DNA from: an uncultured Pseudomonadales bacterium
GTDB taxonomy: Bacteria; Pseudomonadota; Gammaproteobacteria; Pseudomonadales; Pseudohongiellaceae
Length of the DNA: 64,000 bases
Direction: 5' to 3'
NCBI GenBank assembly: GCA_949372635.1
Contig: CASIAB010000010.1
Span: 46,072-110,071 of the forward strand
A program made the translations under genes and the position numbers. Below the pieces are notes generated by a model. It made no database searches. It was not told the origin of the DNA and saw only the letters and a program-made list of their open reading frames with translations. Of the stretch, positions 29,177 to 40,599 are shown piece after piece (within the stretch, counting starts at the first letter, position 1; every line of letters begins with the position of its first letter).

Positions 29177-30819
29177 TGACTATGATTGAGAAACTTAGCG
29201 ACGATCTGTCTCCTGAAAGGTTTTCAAAGCTATCGCAGGTAGTCGGTGAATTCTGTCGCGAGCACGCAGAATTGCCTGCATTCACCTGCTTCGGAAGAAC
29301 TTTAAATTACAGTGAGGTCGACGAGTTAAGCGACCGCTTCGCGCACTACTTGATTACTCAAACTAGCCTACAGCCTGGCGATAGGATAGCAATCCAACTG
29401 CCGAATATCCTGCAGTTTCCTATCGCCTTCTATGGGGCAACTCGAGCTGGCTTAGTGGTAGTCAATACGAACCCACTGTACACAGCTCAAGAGATGGCAC
29501 ATCAGTTCAAAGATTCAGGTGTTAAAGGCATAGTGATACTGTCTAACTTCTGCGATAAGTTAGAAAAAATATTACCTGGAACCAAAATTGAAACAATCAT
29601 CGTGACTCAGCTCGGTGATATTCAGAAGCCCTTACAGCGTCTTTTTCTAAATTTCGTCATTAAAACTGTTCGCAGATTGGTGCCCGCTTATTCTCTAAGC
29701 AACACTGCAGACTTTCATACTGTCGTTAACACGCCAGTTCCATCATTCGATTACCCTGAAGCCGGACAGGGCGATGATACTGCGCTGATTTTGTATACGG
29801 GAGGAACCACGGGTGTCGCAAAGGGTGCCATGCTGAGCCACAATAATTTGATTACCAATATGATGCAGCTTCGATCTCGTTGTCTCGGAGTGATCGGCGA
29901 CAAGGTTGAAAGCATTCTAGCTCCGCTCCCGCTGTATCATAGCTACGCATTTCTACTGCACTGTCTCACCATGCCTTACTCGGGCAATCACAATATCTTG
30001 GTACCAAACCCTAGAGACACTGCAGGGCTAGTTAAGCTGTTCAAGCAGTGGCCGATCAGCGGGTTTGTAGGCATAAACACTCTGTATCTTGCTCTACTGC
30101 GCCACAAAGATTTTCCTAGCATCGATTTTAGTTCCCTTAAGTTTTGCGGCGCCGGTGGTATGGCTATGACTACGTCTGTCAGTGAAGAGTGGGCTAAGGC
30201 TACGGATAGCCCAATCTATGAAGGTTACGGCTTAACGGAGTGTTCTCCAGTTGTAGCTGTTAATATCCCAGGCAAGGAGCGCGCTGGCACCGTAGGGCCT
30301 GTAGTGCCCGAGACGGAAACAAAAGTCGTGAATGATGATGGTATTGAGGTTGCAGCAGGCGAGCGTGGCGAGCTTTGGATTCGGGGGCCACAAGTAATGA
30401 AGGGCTATTGGGAGGCGAAGGAAGAGTCGGCTGAAGCGTTAACTAGTGACGGCTGGTTCAAGACAGGCGACTATGTGGAAATCAGTGATGATGGCTATAT
30501 CTCGATCGTCGATCGAAAGAAGGACATGATCCTTGTCTCTGGTTTCAATGTGTTTCCTAACGAAATCGAAGATTGGGCCAATCGGCACCCAGGGGTATTA
30601 GAGTGCGCCGCAATCGGAGTTCCATCAGAAAAAACGGGTGAGTCAATCAAGCTTTTCATTGTGCCGAGTCAAAAAGATCTCGATATTGAATCTGTGCGTG
30701 CACACTGTAAGGCAGGGCTGACGGCTTACAAGATGCCTAGAGAATACGTCCTAATCGAAGACATTCCTAAATCACTAATTGGGAAAATTCTACATAGAGA
30801 ATTGCGTGACAAGGCCTAG
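29176..30819 (+). CDS. fadD: long-chain fatty acid--CoA ligase
   Basis: 547 aa. AMP-binding motifs YTGGTTGVAKGAMLSH, GYGLTE, TGD, and the linker DRKKDMILVSGFNVFP. Confidence 0.9.
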   Translation: MTMIEKLSDDLSPERFSKLSQVVGEFCREHAELPAFTCFGRTLNYSEVDELSDRFAHYLITQTSLQPGDRIAIQLPNILQFPIAFYGATRAGLVVVNTNPLYTAQEMAHQFKDSGVKGIVILSNFCDKLEKILPGTKIETIIVTQLGDIQKPLQRLFLNFVIKTVRRLVPAYSLSNTADFHTVVNTPVPSFDYPEAGQGDDTALILYTGGTTGVAKGAMLSHNNLITNMMQLRSRCLGVIGDKVESILAPLPLYHSYAFLLHCLTMPYSGNHNILVPNPRDTAGLVKLFKQWPISGFVGINTLYLALLRHKDFPSIDFSSLKFCGAGGMAMTTSVSEEWAKATDSPIYEGYGLTECSPVVAVNIPGKERAGTVGPVVPETETKVVNDDGIEVAAGERGELWIRGPQVMKGYWEAKEESAEALTSDGWFKTGDYVEISDDGYISIVDRKKDMILVSGFNVFPNEIEDWANRHPGVLECAAIGVPSEKTGESIKLFIVPSQKDLDIESVRAHCKAGLTAYKMPREYVLIEDIPKSLIGKILHRELRDKA

Positions 30820-30878
30820 CCGACACGTATCTCTAGTAGCGCAGCAACCTCTAGTATAAATCCGAAAACGGAATAACC

Positions 30879-33800
30879 GTGTTAGATTCCTTGAAGCAGA
30901 AGCTCGATACTTGTCAGCTCGCAGATGTTTTTCGTTTGGAGAATACGCTGAACAAGATTCAGCGTGGCAATTTGTCCCAGAAGGATCTGGCATCGTCGCT
31001 AGCCGCCGCGGCGGCGGCGATCGAAAAATCTCAACGCGCCTGTGAATTAAGACGCGCAGCTATTCCGATAAAGATTACTTATCCAAAAAATCTTCCCGTT
31101 AGTGCCCGAGCAGAAGAAATCACCAAATTACTTCGCGAGCATCAAGTGCTCATCGTCGCTGGAGACACAGGCTCCGGAAAGACCACTCAACTACCAAAGG
31201 TCTGTCTCGAGGCTGGGTTCGGTGTACGTGGCCTTATTGGTCATACCCAACCCAGGCGCTTGGCGGCATTATCAGTAGCGAATCGAATCGCCGATGAACT
31301 CGGTGTAGAGATTGGACTCGGAGTCGGCTCACAAATACGATTTAAGGACAATACAAGCGGGCAGAGCTTTCTGAAGTTAATGACGGACGGCATTTTGCTG
31401 ACCGAGATTCAACAAGACAAATTGCTCAATAAATATGAAGTACTGATTATCGATGAGGCGCACGAGCGCTCGCTTAATATCGATTTCCTGCTCGGCTATC
31501 TTAAGCAGCTCTTACAGAAGCGTGAGAATCTCAAACTGATAGTGACATCAGCAACCATCGATGTGGAGAAATTCTCCAAGCACTTTGACAATGCACCAAT
31601 CGTAGCGGTTTCTGGAAGAACTTATCCAGTAGAGACTCGATATGCACCTCTCGCGGAATCATCAACAGAGCAGATTGACGACGATTTGCAAATTGATGGA
31701 ATTATTAAAGCCGTTGAAGATATTGCAAAGAGTGACAAAAAAAAAGGCTCGTCCAGCGGCGATATCCTGGTATTTCTTAGCAGCGAACGAGAGATACGTG
31801 CTACAGCGACTAAGCTGCGTAAGCAAAAGTATCGGGACGTCGACATCCTGCCTCTATATGGAAGGCTGCGTTATTCGGAGCAGATTAAAATATTCAAACC
31901 AGGATTGGGCAGAAAGATTGTCTTGGCCACGAATGTTGCCGAAACATCGATTACAGTTCCTGGCATCAACTATGTTATCGATACGGGCCTTGCGCGAATA
32001 AGTCGTTACAGCTTGCAGAGTAAGGTGCAGCGTCTGCCTATCGAGGCCATCTCTCAAGCGAGCGCGAATCAAAGAAAAGGGCGTTGCGGTCGCATGGCCG
32101 ACGGTGTCTGTATTCGTCTGTATGCGGAAAGTGATTTTGAATCGAGACCGGAATTTACCGATCCTGAAATCATGCGAACTAACCTCGCCTCTGTAATATT
32201 ACGCATGAAATACCTGCGCCTTGGAGAAATTGAACAATTTCCTTTCCTAGATGCCCCAGAACCTAGAGCGATTAATGAAGGAATAAAGCTGCTCATCGAG
32301 CTAGATGCTCTAAGTCATTCACGGCAATTGACGCAGAGCGGTCGCAAGATGGCTGTCCTGCCAGTAGATCCCAGATACGCGCGAATGTTAATTACTGCGA
32401 GCACGCAAAATTGCCTGCGCGAATTGCAAATCGTAGTCAGTGCGCTGGGCATTCAAGACCCAAGAGAAATATCTAGCGATAATAGGCAGCAGGCTAAGCA
32501 GCAATTAGCCGAATTTGATCATGAAGATTCTGATTTTTTAAGCCTAGTAAAGTTATGGGAAGACTATGAGAAGAAAAGGCAGGATCTGAACCAGGGTCAG
32601 CTGCGAAAGCACTGCAAGAAATACTTTCTCTCTTATATGCGTATGCGTGAATGGCGTGAGGTACATCATCAATTACTTCTTTCCTGCCAGAAGCTTGGTC
32701 TTCGTATGAACCGAGAGATTGGGGATTATGAGGGGATTCATAAAAGCTTGATCAGTGGCTCCTTAAACCAAATAGCCAAACGACTAGATGGGCGGAGCTT
32801 TCGAGGTAATAGGAATAAGACCTTCTCCTTGTTTTCTACATCGGTCTTGGCCAACAAAGGCGCGAAGTGGATAGTTAGCGGCGAGCAGATCGAGACGTCG
32901 CAGACTTTCGCAACAACCGCTGCCAAGATTCAACCCGAGTGGATTGAAGAGATGGCATTGCATCTCGTTAAACGGGAGTATTTTGAGCCGCACTGGAGCA
33001 AGAAACGCCAGCAGGTAATGGCCTATGAGAAGGTGCAACTCTATGGTCTAGTGATCATTGAGAAAGCTCTGCTAAGTTATAGCAAGATTGATCCCAAAAC
33101 CTCCAGAACACTCTTTATTCAAGAGGGATTGATTGCTGGCGAAGTTTCTACCGACCTGAAGATTTATCACCGGAATCGCGAATTTTTAGCAGCCCTTGCA
33201 AAGCAAGAAGAAAAAATGCGAAGACCGGACCTGCTAGTAGCCGAGCGCGATGTCGCTGCATTCTATGAGCAACGCCTGCCGGAGACTGTGTGCTCTACTC
33301 GAGACTTAACTGCATGGGTTCGCAAGCAAGGCACGTCCGCCGAAAAATCTCTATTGATGACCGTTGATAATCTGGTCGATTCGGATACCGCGATGAACGC
33401 GTTACATTCTTTTCCGGATGCGACTGCGGTACACAAGAATAATCTGCGGCTCGAGTACGTTTTTGAGCCAGGCAGCAAAGTTGACGGAGCCACCTTAGAA
33501 GTGCCCGTAGAGATGGTCAGCCAACTACAACAGGCCGACCTCGACTGGGCCGTGCCAGGTAACCTAGCTGAGAAATGTACCGCGCTTATTAAGGGTTTGC
33601 CAAAATCTCGTCGTAAGAACTTTATACCAGTGAATGCGTTTGTCGCCCAGGCTTGTGAACAGATGTCGAATAAGGACGGAGATCTAATAGCCTCTCTGCT
33701 AGTTCAAATCCGCAATCTAAAGGGCCTTGAGTTAGACAGAGCGGAGTTCGAACAGAGTACAGCTGCCTGCACACCTGAACACCAAGATTCGCGTATTGAA

Positions 33801-34806
33801 AGGCTCAGAGAAGGAGATTGCGTTTGCGGGCAGTATTCGCGAGGTCAGGGAGCAGCTCCAGCAGCAAGGTTTCCTGGAAAACGGAGGAAATAGCCTTTCC
33901 TGGGGTGATGTAAGTCACGAAGCCAGGGAAGGTTCTAGTTATAGCCACCCCTTAGAAGCGACGGGTGCCAAAGATTGGGAGTTTGAGGATTTGCCAGAGC
34001 AAGTAGAAGTCGGTGAATCCTTAAAGCTAATAAGGTTCCCGGCTATTGTCGACGAGGGTGAAACTGTAGGAGTTTGTTTGTTTTCCGACAAAATTCTCGC
34101 ACTACAGAAGCACAAGCAAGGCCTAGTAAAGCTATACCAGTTAAGGAGCATTCAGCAGCATAATCAACTGAAGAAGAAGTTCGTCAGACTAGCCGATACG
34201 TTAGTGCTGAAAGCGCCTTTTCCGCTGGGTCAGTTAGCATTGGATGCAACATGGATAAGTTATATAGCGGCCTTCGATCTTGATGGTTCAATGCCGCGCA
34301 GCAACCTAGAATTCGAGCAGCGCTTAAACGGGGGCAAGTCTACAGTTCTTAGCATCGCGGAAAAAATAGAATCGATTTTTATTCAGGTAATAAACGTACA
34401 CTACGATGTCAGCCGAATCGTATCGGGTCTTAAGAAGGGAGCCCTGGACTACGTCGCGGAAGATTTAGAAAACCAGCTTGGCGGCCTCCTTCATGTAGGC
34501 TTTCTCTCTGAAACCGGTCTGGTGTGGTTTGCTCAGTATCCTCGGTACTTAAAAGCACTATCAATACGCTTGAATAAGGCCCCTCATATGGGGGATAAAG
34601 ATAGGCCTAATACGGTACTTCTATCCCAGTATCAGGACAGATATATGAGCCTGAAATCAAAGTGTGCTGCTAATGATAAAGATGAGTTGCTTATCCTTCG
34701 CTGGATGCTGGAAGAGTTTCGAGTGTCGTTATTCGCGCAAACATTAGGGACGTACATCCCAGTTTCCGAAAAGCGGTTAGAAAAGCAGTTTGAAAAATTA
34801 CTTTAA
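30879..34806 (+). pseudogene. hrpA: ATP-dependent RNA helicase HrpA (DEAH box), split by one frameshift
   Basis: ORF 30879..33893 has GDTGSGKTTQLP, IIDEAHERS, TSAT, TNVAETSITV, QRKGRCGR, HA2 and OB domains. ORF 33796..34806, in the +1 frame (open from 33736), holds the HrpA C-terminal domain, ending EEFRVSLFAQTLGTYIPVSEKRL. Homology places the junction at ..LDRAEFEQS | QLPAHLNTKIRVL.., meaning one extra base near 33756-33760. The fused length is ~1306 codons. Confidence 0.9.
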
Positions 34807-34838
34807 TTACATCTACAGATTGGTTATTAACACATATA

Positions 34839-35466
34839 GTGAAAATCTCTAGCAAAATACAGGCTTCAAAGACTCTAAAACAGTCGGCTGCGTTATTGCT
34901 GCAGTTTTGTGTTTTTGTAATGAGCCAGGCAGCAGCGCAGACCTATGATCCTTGGAGAGAAACGAACAAGCGGCTATTTAGGCTAAATGACTCTTTCGGC
35001 AAGCTCATCGTTAGGCCTATTGTGGCCAGTTATATCTTATTCATGCCCAGGGTAGCGCGACAGGGGATTGGTAATGTCTTTAGCAATATCGATGATATCA
35101 ATGTTTTAGTAAACGACTTACTGCAGCTTATGCTAGGCGCCGCCCTGAATGATTCGGGCAGACTTTAGGTGGGGAGTTGGTTCCGGCCCCTCATCATGCT
35201 CCCTATGTTCGGGCGAGTAAGTTAGAGATTCTTCGGCTTAGCTCTGGATACCTTGTTCAATCCGATTCAATATCACGATGACGAATTAATAGGGCTCACC
35301 TTGTTTTTGGTTAAGGAAGCCGAATCACGCTCAGGCCTGCTCGCGCTGGACGAATTGACAACGGGTGACCGCTCTATTTGTGCGCGAAACCTATGTGCAG
35401 CGAAGAGAATACTTGGTGGCTGACGGTCAGGTTGAAGATGAATTTGGCGATTTTGGCAATTTCTAA
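34839..35466 (+). pseudogene. mlaA: decayed MlaA/VacJ outer-membrane lipoprotein gene
   Basis: The first 109 codons are MlaA-like (DPWRETNKRLFRLND...VFSNIDDINVLVNDLLQ...LNDSGR), then a stop. Downstream, MlaA-like segments are scattered over all three frames: QTLG / RWGVGSGP / LIMLPMFG / VRDSSA / LALDTLFNPIQY...LLALDELTTGDR / FVRETYVQRREYLVADGQVEDEFGDFGNF*. About 30 codons between GR(F) and (F)GQTLG are missing. Confidence 0.85.
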
Positions 35467-35492
35467 ATAGCGGGATTAACCTGTTGAATGTG

Positions 35493-35963
35493 TTAGATCC
35501 TGACTTTGAGTTTTGTCTTAATGAAGTCGCTATGAGAAACGTAGATCAGCTCTGATACCTTCCGTATTAGATGATCCTCGTATTTATCTAGACGTTTGTC
35601 GGAGAAGGCGATGCGCCACATGTTCTCGATCAGTTCTACCTTTTGCTCGTAATCGTAGCTGTCGTTTATCAATTTGGTGAATTCGTAGAGAGAGGTGGCC
35701 TCAAAAGCCTCGTCCTTGGCTAGCTGGATAAGCTCTTCAAGGTCCGACTCCGCAATATTGTAACTTTGCTGAAGCACAGCCATGAACTCTTGGTGCTCAC
35801 GTTCGTCAAGCTCGTGGTCAGAATTCATTACTTCGACTAGCAGTGCGGCGCAGGTGAGGTCGACTCTACTCATTGCCGAGCTAGGCGCTTCTTCTTCCTC
35901 TTTTTTGGTTAGATTTTTTTCAAAGAAACTCTTAATCGATTCGATCACGCAATTCTTCCTCAA
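35493..35963 (-). CDS. TerB-family (tellurite-resistance-like) protein
   Basis: 156 aa. TerB-like helical pattern (CAALLVEVMNSDHELDEREHQEF ... IENMWRIAFSDKRLDKYEDHLIRKVSELI). Confidence 0.7.
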   Translation of the reverse strand: MRKNCVIESIKSFFEKNLTKKEEEEAPSSAMSRVDLTCAALLVEVMNSDHELDEREHQEFMAVLQQSYNIAESDLEELIQLAKDEAFEATSLYEFTKLINDSYDYEQKVELIENMWRIAFSDKRLDKYEDHLIRKVSELIYVSHSDFIKTKLKVRI

Positions 35964-35990
35964 CGTAGATTTATTTGAATTGAACTAGTC

Positions 35991-37017
35991 CTAGTCTACG
36001 TAGGAAATAGCATCGAGTAAAACACCAATATCAGCGGTTTTTTTATAGCTATTTTCACTTAGATGACGGCGAAAATTCTTGCCTCCTTTCTGCCCCTTGT
36101 ACAGGCCTAGAATATGCCGCGTCATGTGATGCAGTGGCGTACCGCGCTCTAATTCTTGCTCGATATAAGGCATGAATTTCTGCAGTGTTTCGGTGCGTGT
36201 TTGTACATTCGTAGCCGTGCCAAAGAAAACAGCGTCCACTTCGTTTAGTATGAATGGATTCTGATAAGCTTCTCTGCCGAGCATAACCCCATCTGTCTTT
36301 TTGAGAAGTGACTCCGCATCTTCGATTGTTTTAATTCCGCCGTTTATGATGATCGAAAGTTCAGGGAAGGCTTGCTTCACGGCAAAGACACTATCGTAGT
36401 TCAGTGGTGGTATCTCGCGATTCTCTTTCGGACTAAGGCCTGACAGGATCGCCTTGCGCGCATGAACTATAAACGTGTCACATCCAGCATTAGCTACTGT
36501 GCCTATAAAGTCCTCTAATTCTCTCTGCGAGTCGCGATCGTCAATGCCTATTCGGCACTTTATGGTAATCGGTAAATTAACACTCGTCATCATGCTGCTT
36601 TACACAATTTCCGACGAGTTCGGGCTCGGCCATTAAACAGGCGCCGAAGGCGCCAGACTGAACTCTATCGCTGGGACAGCCGACATTGAGGTTTATCTCA
36701 TCATATCCTGAGCGTTCTGCGAGGACAGCTGCCTCAGCCAGCTCAACAGGCTTGCTTCCGCCCAATTGCAAGGCTATGGGATGTTCGCCCTCACTATGCT
36801 GCAACAGATATTGCGCATCACCATGCTTGAGTGCGGCACTCGTTACCATCTCGGTATAGAGTAGGGCGTGCTCGGAAAGCTGACGAAGGAATACCCGATC
36901 GTGACGGTCTGTCCAATCCATCATCGGAGCAACGCAAAAGCGATGACTTAAGCCAGCTGCGGTGTCTGCAGCTTCGCTATCTGGGGGCTGTTTGTTCGCG
37001 TTGTTCAAAGAATGCAC
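35991..37017 (-). pseudogene. dusA: tRNA-dihydrouridine(20/20a) synthase DusA, split by one frameshift
   Basis: ORF 36577..37017 reads [19 protein letters not shown]...[41 protein letters not shown] 35991..36593, in the +1 frame, reads [19 protein letters not shown]...HARKAILSGLSPKENREIPPLNYD. E. coli DusA reads VKAMRDVVSIPVTVKTRIG across this point. There is one extra base near 36594 (AAG CAG C ATG ATG on the coding strand). The fused length is ~342 codons. Confidence 0.88.
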
Positions 37018-37224
37018 CTAATCGTTTAATTTGGTAACCATGTTGGTCGCTGCGAAAGCACGGGGCAGGTTGTATCGAATGCCTCAGTCCGTGTCAAGAA
37101 GTAGGCGTCTAAACTGTCTATGATGGGAATTAAAGGCGAATCGAGTATAATCTCATCTTTAGTGAGAGGGGTGTAATATTCCTCGAATATTAAGTTTCGT
37201 TAGTGCTGTCTCGAGTAGAGGAAT

Positions 37225-38706
37225 ATGAGCAAAGTTCGCACGCGTATTGCACCGTCTCCGACTGGCGACCCACACGTTGGTACAGCCTACATAGCCTTGT
37301 TCAATCGTTGTTTTGCCCATCAGCACGGCGGTGAGTTTGTGCTGCGCATTGAAGATACGGACCAGCAACGTAGCACCTACAAGTCTGAGCAGGACATATT
37401 AAGTTCACTTAAATGGCTAGGATTAACTTGGGATGAAGGTCCAGGCTGTGAAGGAGATTCCGGACCATATCGACAGAGTGAACGCTCTGAGATTTATTCA
37501 GATCACATCCAACAGCTCCTCGATAATGGCTCAGCCTTTCGCTGTTTCTGTACGTCCGAAAGACTCGATGAATTGCGGAAGCAGCAGATGCAGGATAAAA
37601 GTCAGCCTGGCTACGATGGCCACTGCTTAAGCCTGAGTCAGGCCGAATGTGAGAACAAATGTGCGGCTTCGCAGCCCCATGTAATTCGCATGAAGATACC
37701 CGACTCAGGTGAATGCGAATTTGAAGACATGCTGCGCGGTAACGTTAGCATCGCGTGGTCACAGATCGACATGCAGGTATTAATTAAGTCCGATGGCATG
37801 CCGACCTACCATTTTGCCAACGTAGTTGATGATCACTTGATGGAAATTTCCCATGTGATCCGCGGCGAAGAATGGATCAACTCGACGCCCAAACATATTT
37901 TGCTGTATCAGCATTTCGGCTGGGAGTCGCCAGTGTTCTGCCATATGCCTTTGTTACGTAATCCGGATAAAAGCAAGCTGAGTAAGCGCAAGAATCCTAC
38001 TAGCATTCGCTACTACGAGGCTATGGGTTATCTGCCGGAGGCATTGCTAAATTATTTAGGCATGATGGGTTGGACCATGCCCTCCGGAGAAGAAAAATTT
38101 TCCATTAGTGAAATGGAAGCAAATTTCGATATAAGTAGAGTCTCTCTCGGAGGCCCCATCTTTGATATTGAAAAACTTGACTGGCTCAACGGTAAATATA
38201 TCCGTGAGGAGCTTACTGATGAAGAGTTTGCAAGACGCTTCGCTGCTTGGGCGTTTGCGCCTGAAAAAGTCGCTCAAATAGTGCCGCTACTAAAACAACG
38301 TGTGGAGCGATTTAGCGATGTTGCCTCATTGGGCGGTTTCTTTATCGATGGCTCGCTTGAGATATCTGAAGCGAGTTTCGCGCACAAGGCCATTGATTCG
38401 GCCCAAGCAGCAAGAATTTTACAATTCACACTATGGAAGTTAGAAGCATTGGAAAAGCTGGGCAGAGATGGAATAGAGGGCGAACTTCAGGCGCTTGCTG
38501 CAAAGTTCGAACTGAAGATAAAGGATTTCTTATTTCCCTTGTTCGTCGCCCTAAGTGGTAAGCCGGTATCTACCTCTGTAATTGAGTCCATCATGATACT
38601 GGGTATTGATATCGCGCGAGCGCGGATTCGGCAGGCCATCTCAATATTAGGTGGAATTTCGAAGAAACAGGCTAAAGCATTGGAAAAGGAATTCCGAAAT
38701 TTCTAA
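37225..38706 (+). CDS. gltX: glutamate--tRNA ligase
   Basis: 493 aa. HIGH-type PSPTGDPHVGTAY and KMSKS-type KLSKRK. Confidence 0.97.
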   Translation: MSKVRTRIAPSPTGDPHVGTAYIALFNRCFAHQHGGEFVLRIEDTDQQRSTYKSEQDILSSLKWLGLTWDEGPGCEGDSGPYRQSERSEIYSDHIQQLLDNGSAFRCFCTSERLDELRKQQMQDKSQPGYDGHCLSLSQAECENKCAASQPHVIRMKIPDSGECEFEDMLRGNVSIAWSQIDMQVLIKSDGMPTYHFANVVDDHLMEISHVIRGEEWINSTPKHILLYQHFGWESPVFCHMPLLRNPDKSKLSKRKNPTSIRYYEAMGYLPEALLNYLGMMGWTMPSGEEKFSISEMEANFDISRVSLGGPIFDIEKLDWLNGKYIREELTDEEFARRFAAWAFAPEKVAQIVPLLKQRVERFSDVASLGGFFIDGSLEISEASFAHKAIDSAQAARILQFTLWKLEALEKLGRDGIEGELQALAAKFELKIKDFLFPLFVALSGKPVSTSVIESIMILGIDIARARIRQAISILGGISKKQAKALEKEFRNF

Positions 38707-38733
38707 TGTTTTTAATCTCAGTCTAGACCTACG

Positions 38734-38762
38734 TTGACAGGCTCAACGACTGTGCTTAGAAT
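38734..38762 (+). promoter_or_regulatory. sigma70-type promoter of tRNA-Ala
   Basis: TTGACA (38734-38739), a 17-nt spacer and TAGAAT (38757-38762), then a GC-rich discriminator GCGCCTTCCC. It lies 24 nt upstream of the tRNA. Confidence 0.6.
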
Positions 38763-38786
38763 GCGCCTTCCCTCAAATGTGGTCAT

Positions 38787-38862
38787 GGGGCCTTAGCTCA
38801 GCTGGGAGAGCGCAACACTGGCAGTGTTGAGGTCAGCGGTTCGATCCCGCTAGGCTCCACCA
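38787..38862 (+). tRNA. tRNA-Ala (anticodon GGC)
   Basis: GGGGCCTTAGCTCAGCTGGGAGAGCGCAACACTGGCAGTGTTGAGGTCAGCGGTTCGATCCCGCTAGGCTCCACCA. It has the G3:U70 Ala identity pair, anticodon loop CTGGCAG and an encoded CCA. Confidence 0.93.
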
Positions 38863-38925
38863 ACTTTTTTACTAAACCTTTTACGACAATGTTTAACCGC
38901 CTTGGCGGAGCTCAGAGCTAAGGGT

Positions 38926-40203
38926 CTAGACCTTAATAGTGCGCTTTGTGTGACCTTTGTAGAGCTGCCTAGGCCTGCCGATACGGAAAGAACTGCTAAG
39001 CATTTCATCCCAATGTGCGATCCAGCCTGGGGTTCTGCCAGTAGAGAAGATTACCGTGAACATGCTGGTGGGAATGCCAATGGCCTTAAGAATGATCCCT
39101 GAGTAGAAGTCGACGTTCGGGTATAACTTACGATCGATAAAGTAATCATCTTCTAAGGCGATTTTCTCTAGTTTGCGGGCAATCCTGAATAGGGGGTCGT
39201 CTTCGACTCCTAAATCATCGAGCACTTCGTTGCATATCTCACGCATCACTGTGGCGCGTGGATCAAAATTCTTATAAACCCTGTGACCGAAGCCCATCAG
39301 TCTGAACGGGTCGTCCTTGTCTTTGGCCCGTAGGATATATTCTTCGATATTTTTTTCATCACCGATTTCTGCTAGCTGCGCGAGCACTGCCTCGTTAGCG
39401 CCGCCGTGAGCAGGGCCCCATAGTGCTGCTATACCAGAAGCTATACATGCGTAAGGATTGGCGCCTGATGAGCCTGCTAGTCTCACGGTGGAAGTCGAGG
39501 CGTTCTGTTCGTGATCGGCGTGGAGCAGGAAGATAGTGTCCATAGCCTTCGCGAGAATCGGGCTCACATTCGGGGCATCGCAAGGAGTGCCGAACATCAT
39601 GTGTAAGAAGTTCTCAGCAAAGCCCATATCGTTCTGCGGATACATGAAGGGCTGACCTACGCCATGTTTGTAGCACATAGCTGCAAGTGTTGGCATCTTA
39701 GCAATAATTCGGTGGGCAACTATCTTACGGTGCTCCGGATTATCGTTGTCCAGATTGTCGTGATAGAAGGCAGAAAGGGCACCAACCACGCTCAATAGCA
39801 TCGCCATTGGGTGAGAAGTACGCGGAAAACCCTTAAAGAAGTTGTGGATCTGCTCATCGACCATCGTGTGATAGCGAATAGTGTTCTCAAACTCTCCTTT
39901 CTCGGTCGCATCCGGTAATTCCCCATTCAACAGCAAGAAGCAGGTGTCTAGAAAACTGACATTGGCCGCTAGTTGCTCGATCGGATAGCCTCTATGAAGG
40001 AGGACGCCCTTATCTCCGTCTATGAATGTTATGTCCGACTCGCAGGATGCTGTGGACATGAAGCCAGGATCGTAAGTAAAAAAGCCTTGGCCTACCAGAC
40101 TGCTAACGTCGATTACGTCCGGACCAGTACTGCCTTCATAAACGGGAAGCTCGATAGGTTTATCAACACCGTCAATGGTTAACTGGGCCTTTTTTTCGCT
40201 CAT
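38926..40203 (-). CDS. gltA: type II citrate synthase
   Basis: 425 aa. [25 protein letters not shown] and [14 protein letters not shown]. It is divergent from sdhC. Confidence 0.97.
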   Translation of the reverse strand: MSEKKAQLTIDGVDKPIELPVYEGSTGPDVIDVSSLVGQGFFTYDPGFMSTASCESDITFIDGDKGVLLHRGYPIEQLAANVSFLDTCFLLLNGELPDATEKGEFENTIRYHTMVDEQIHNFFKGFPRTSHPMAMLLSVVGALSAFYHDNLDNDNPEHRKIVAHRIIAKMPTLAAMCYKHGVGQPFMYPQNDMGFAENFLHMMFGTPCDAPNVSPILAKAMDTIFLLHADHEQNASTSTVRLAGSSGANPYACIASGIAALWGPAHGGANEAVLAQLAEIGDEKNIEEYILRAKDKDDPFRLMGFGHRVYKNFDPRATVMREICNEVLDDLGVEDDPLFRIARKLEKIALEDDYFIDRKLYPNVDFYSGIILKAIGIPTSMFTVIFSTGRTPGWIAHWDEMLSSSFRIGRPRQLYKGHTKRTIKV

Positions 40204-40599
40204 GCATGACTCCTGAAACTACATTTAAATTTGATTTTCTTCTTTTTCAACAAATGCTTACAGCTAAATTCGTGCTCTTGGTTCGACCAATCCAATGCCT
40301 GAGCAGGGACGGCAATACTAGGGAGTGAGCGTGCTATTTGTCAAATTTTTATGCGCTGAGGCTCAGTATTCATAGCCATTTCAGCTGAATTAAGCCCCAG
40401 CTTATATAGCGTAGGCCCTAGGTCTTTTTATTGTAATGACTAGAAAGAAACCCTCCATTAAGTCGCAGTAGTTGTTGCAACAAAAGATGGTGTGACAGAA
40501 CATTGTCATTAAACAGTGAAACACTGCTAGCATCGTTGTATTACGTGGCCTTACGGCATATACTTTCGGCCGTTTTGCACGCTTAAATGCAGCAACAGC

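Noticed and set aside
36900-37224. The dusA 5' end as a genomic-island integration site.
   Set aside because: The region upstream of dusA runs directly into the gltX promoter region. There is no integrase, no duplicated dusA 5' segment and no foreign-looking genes.
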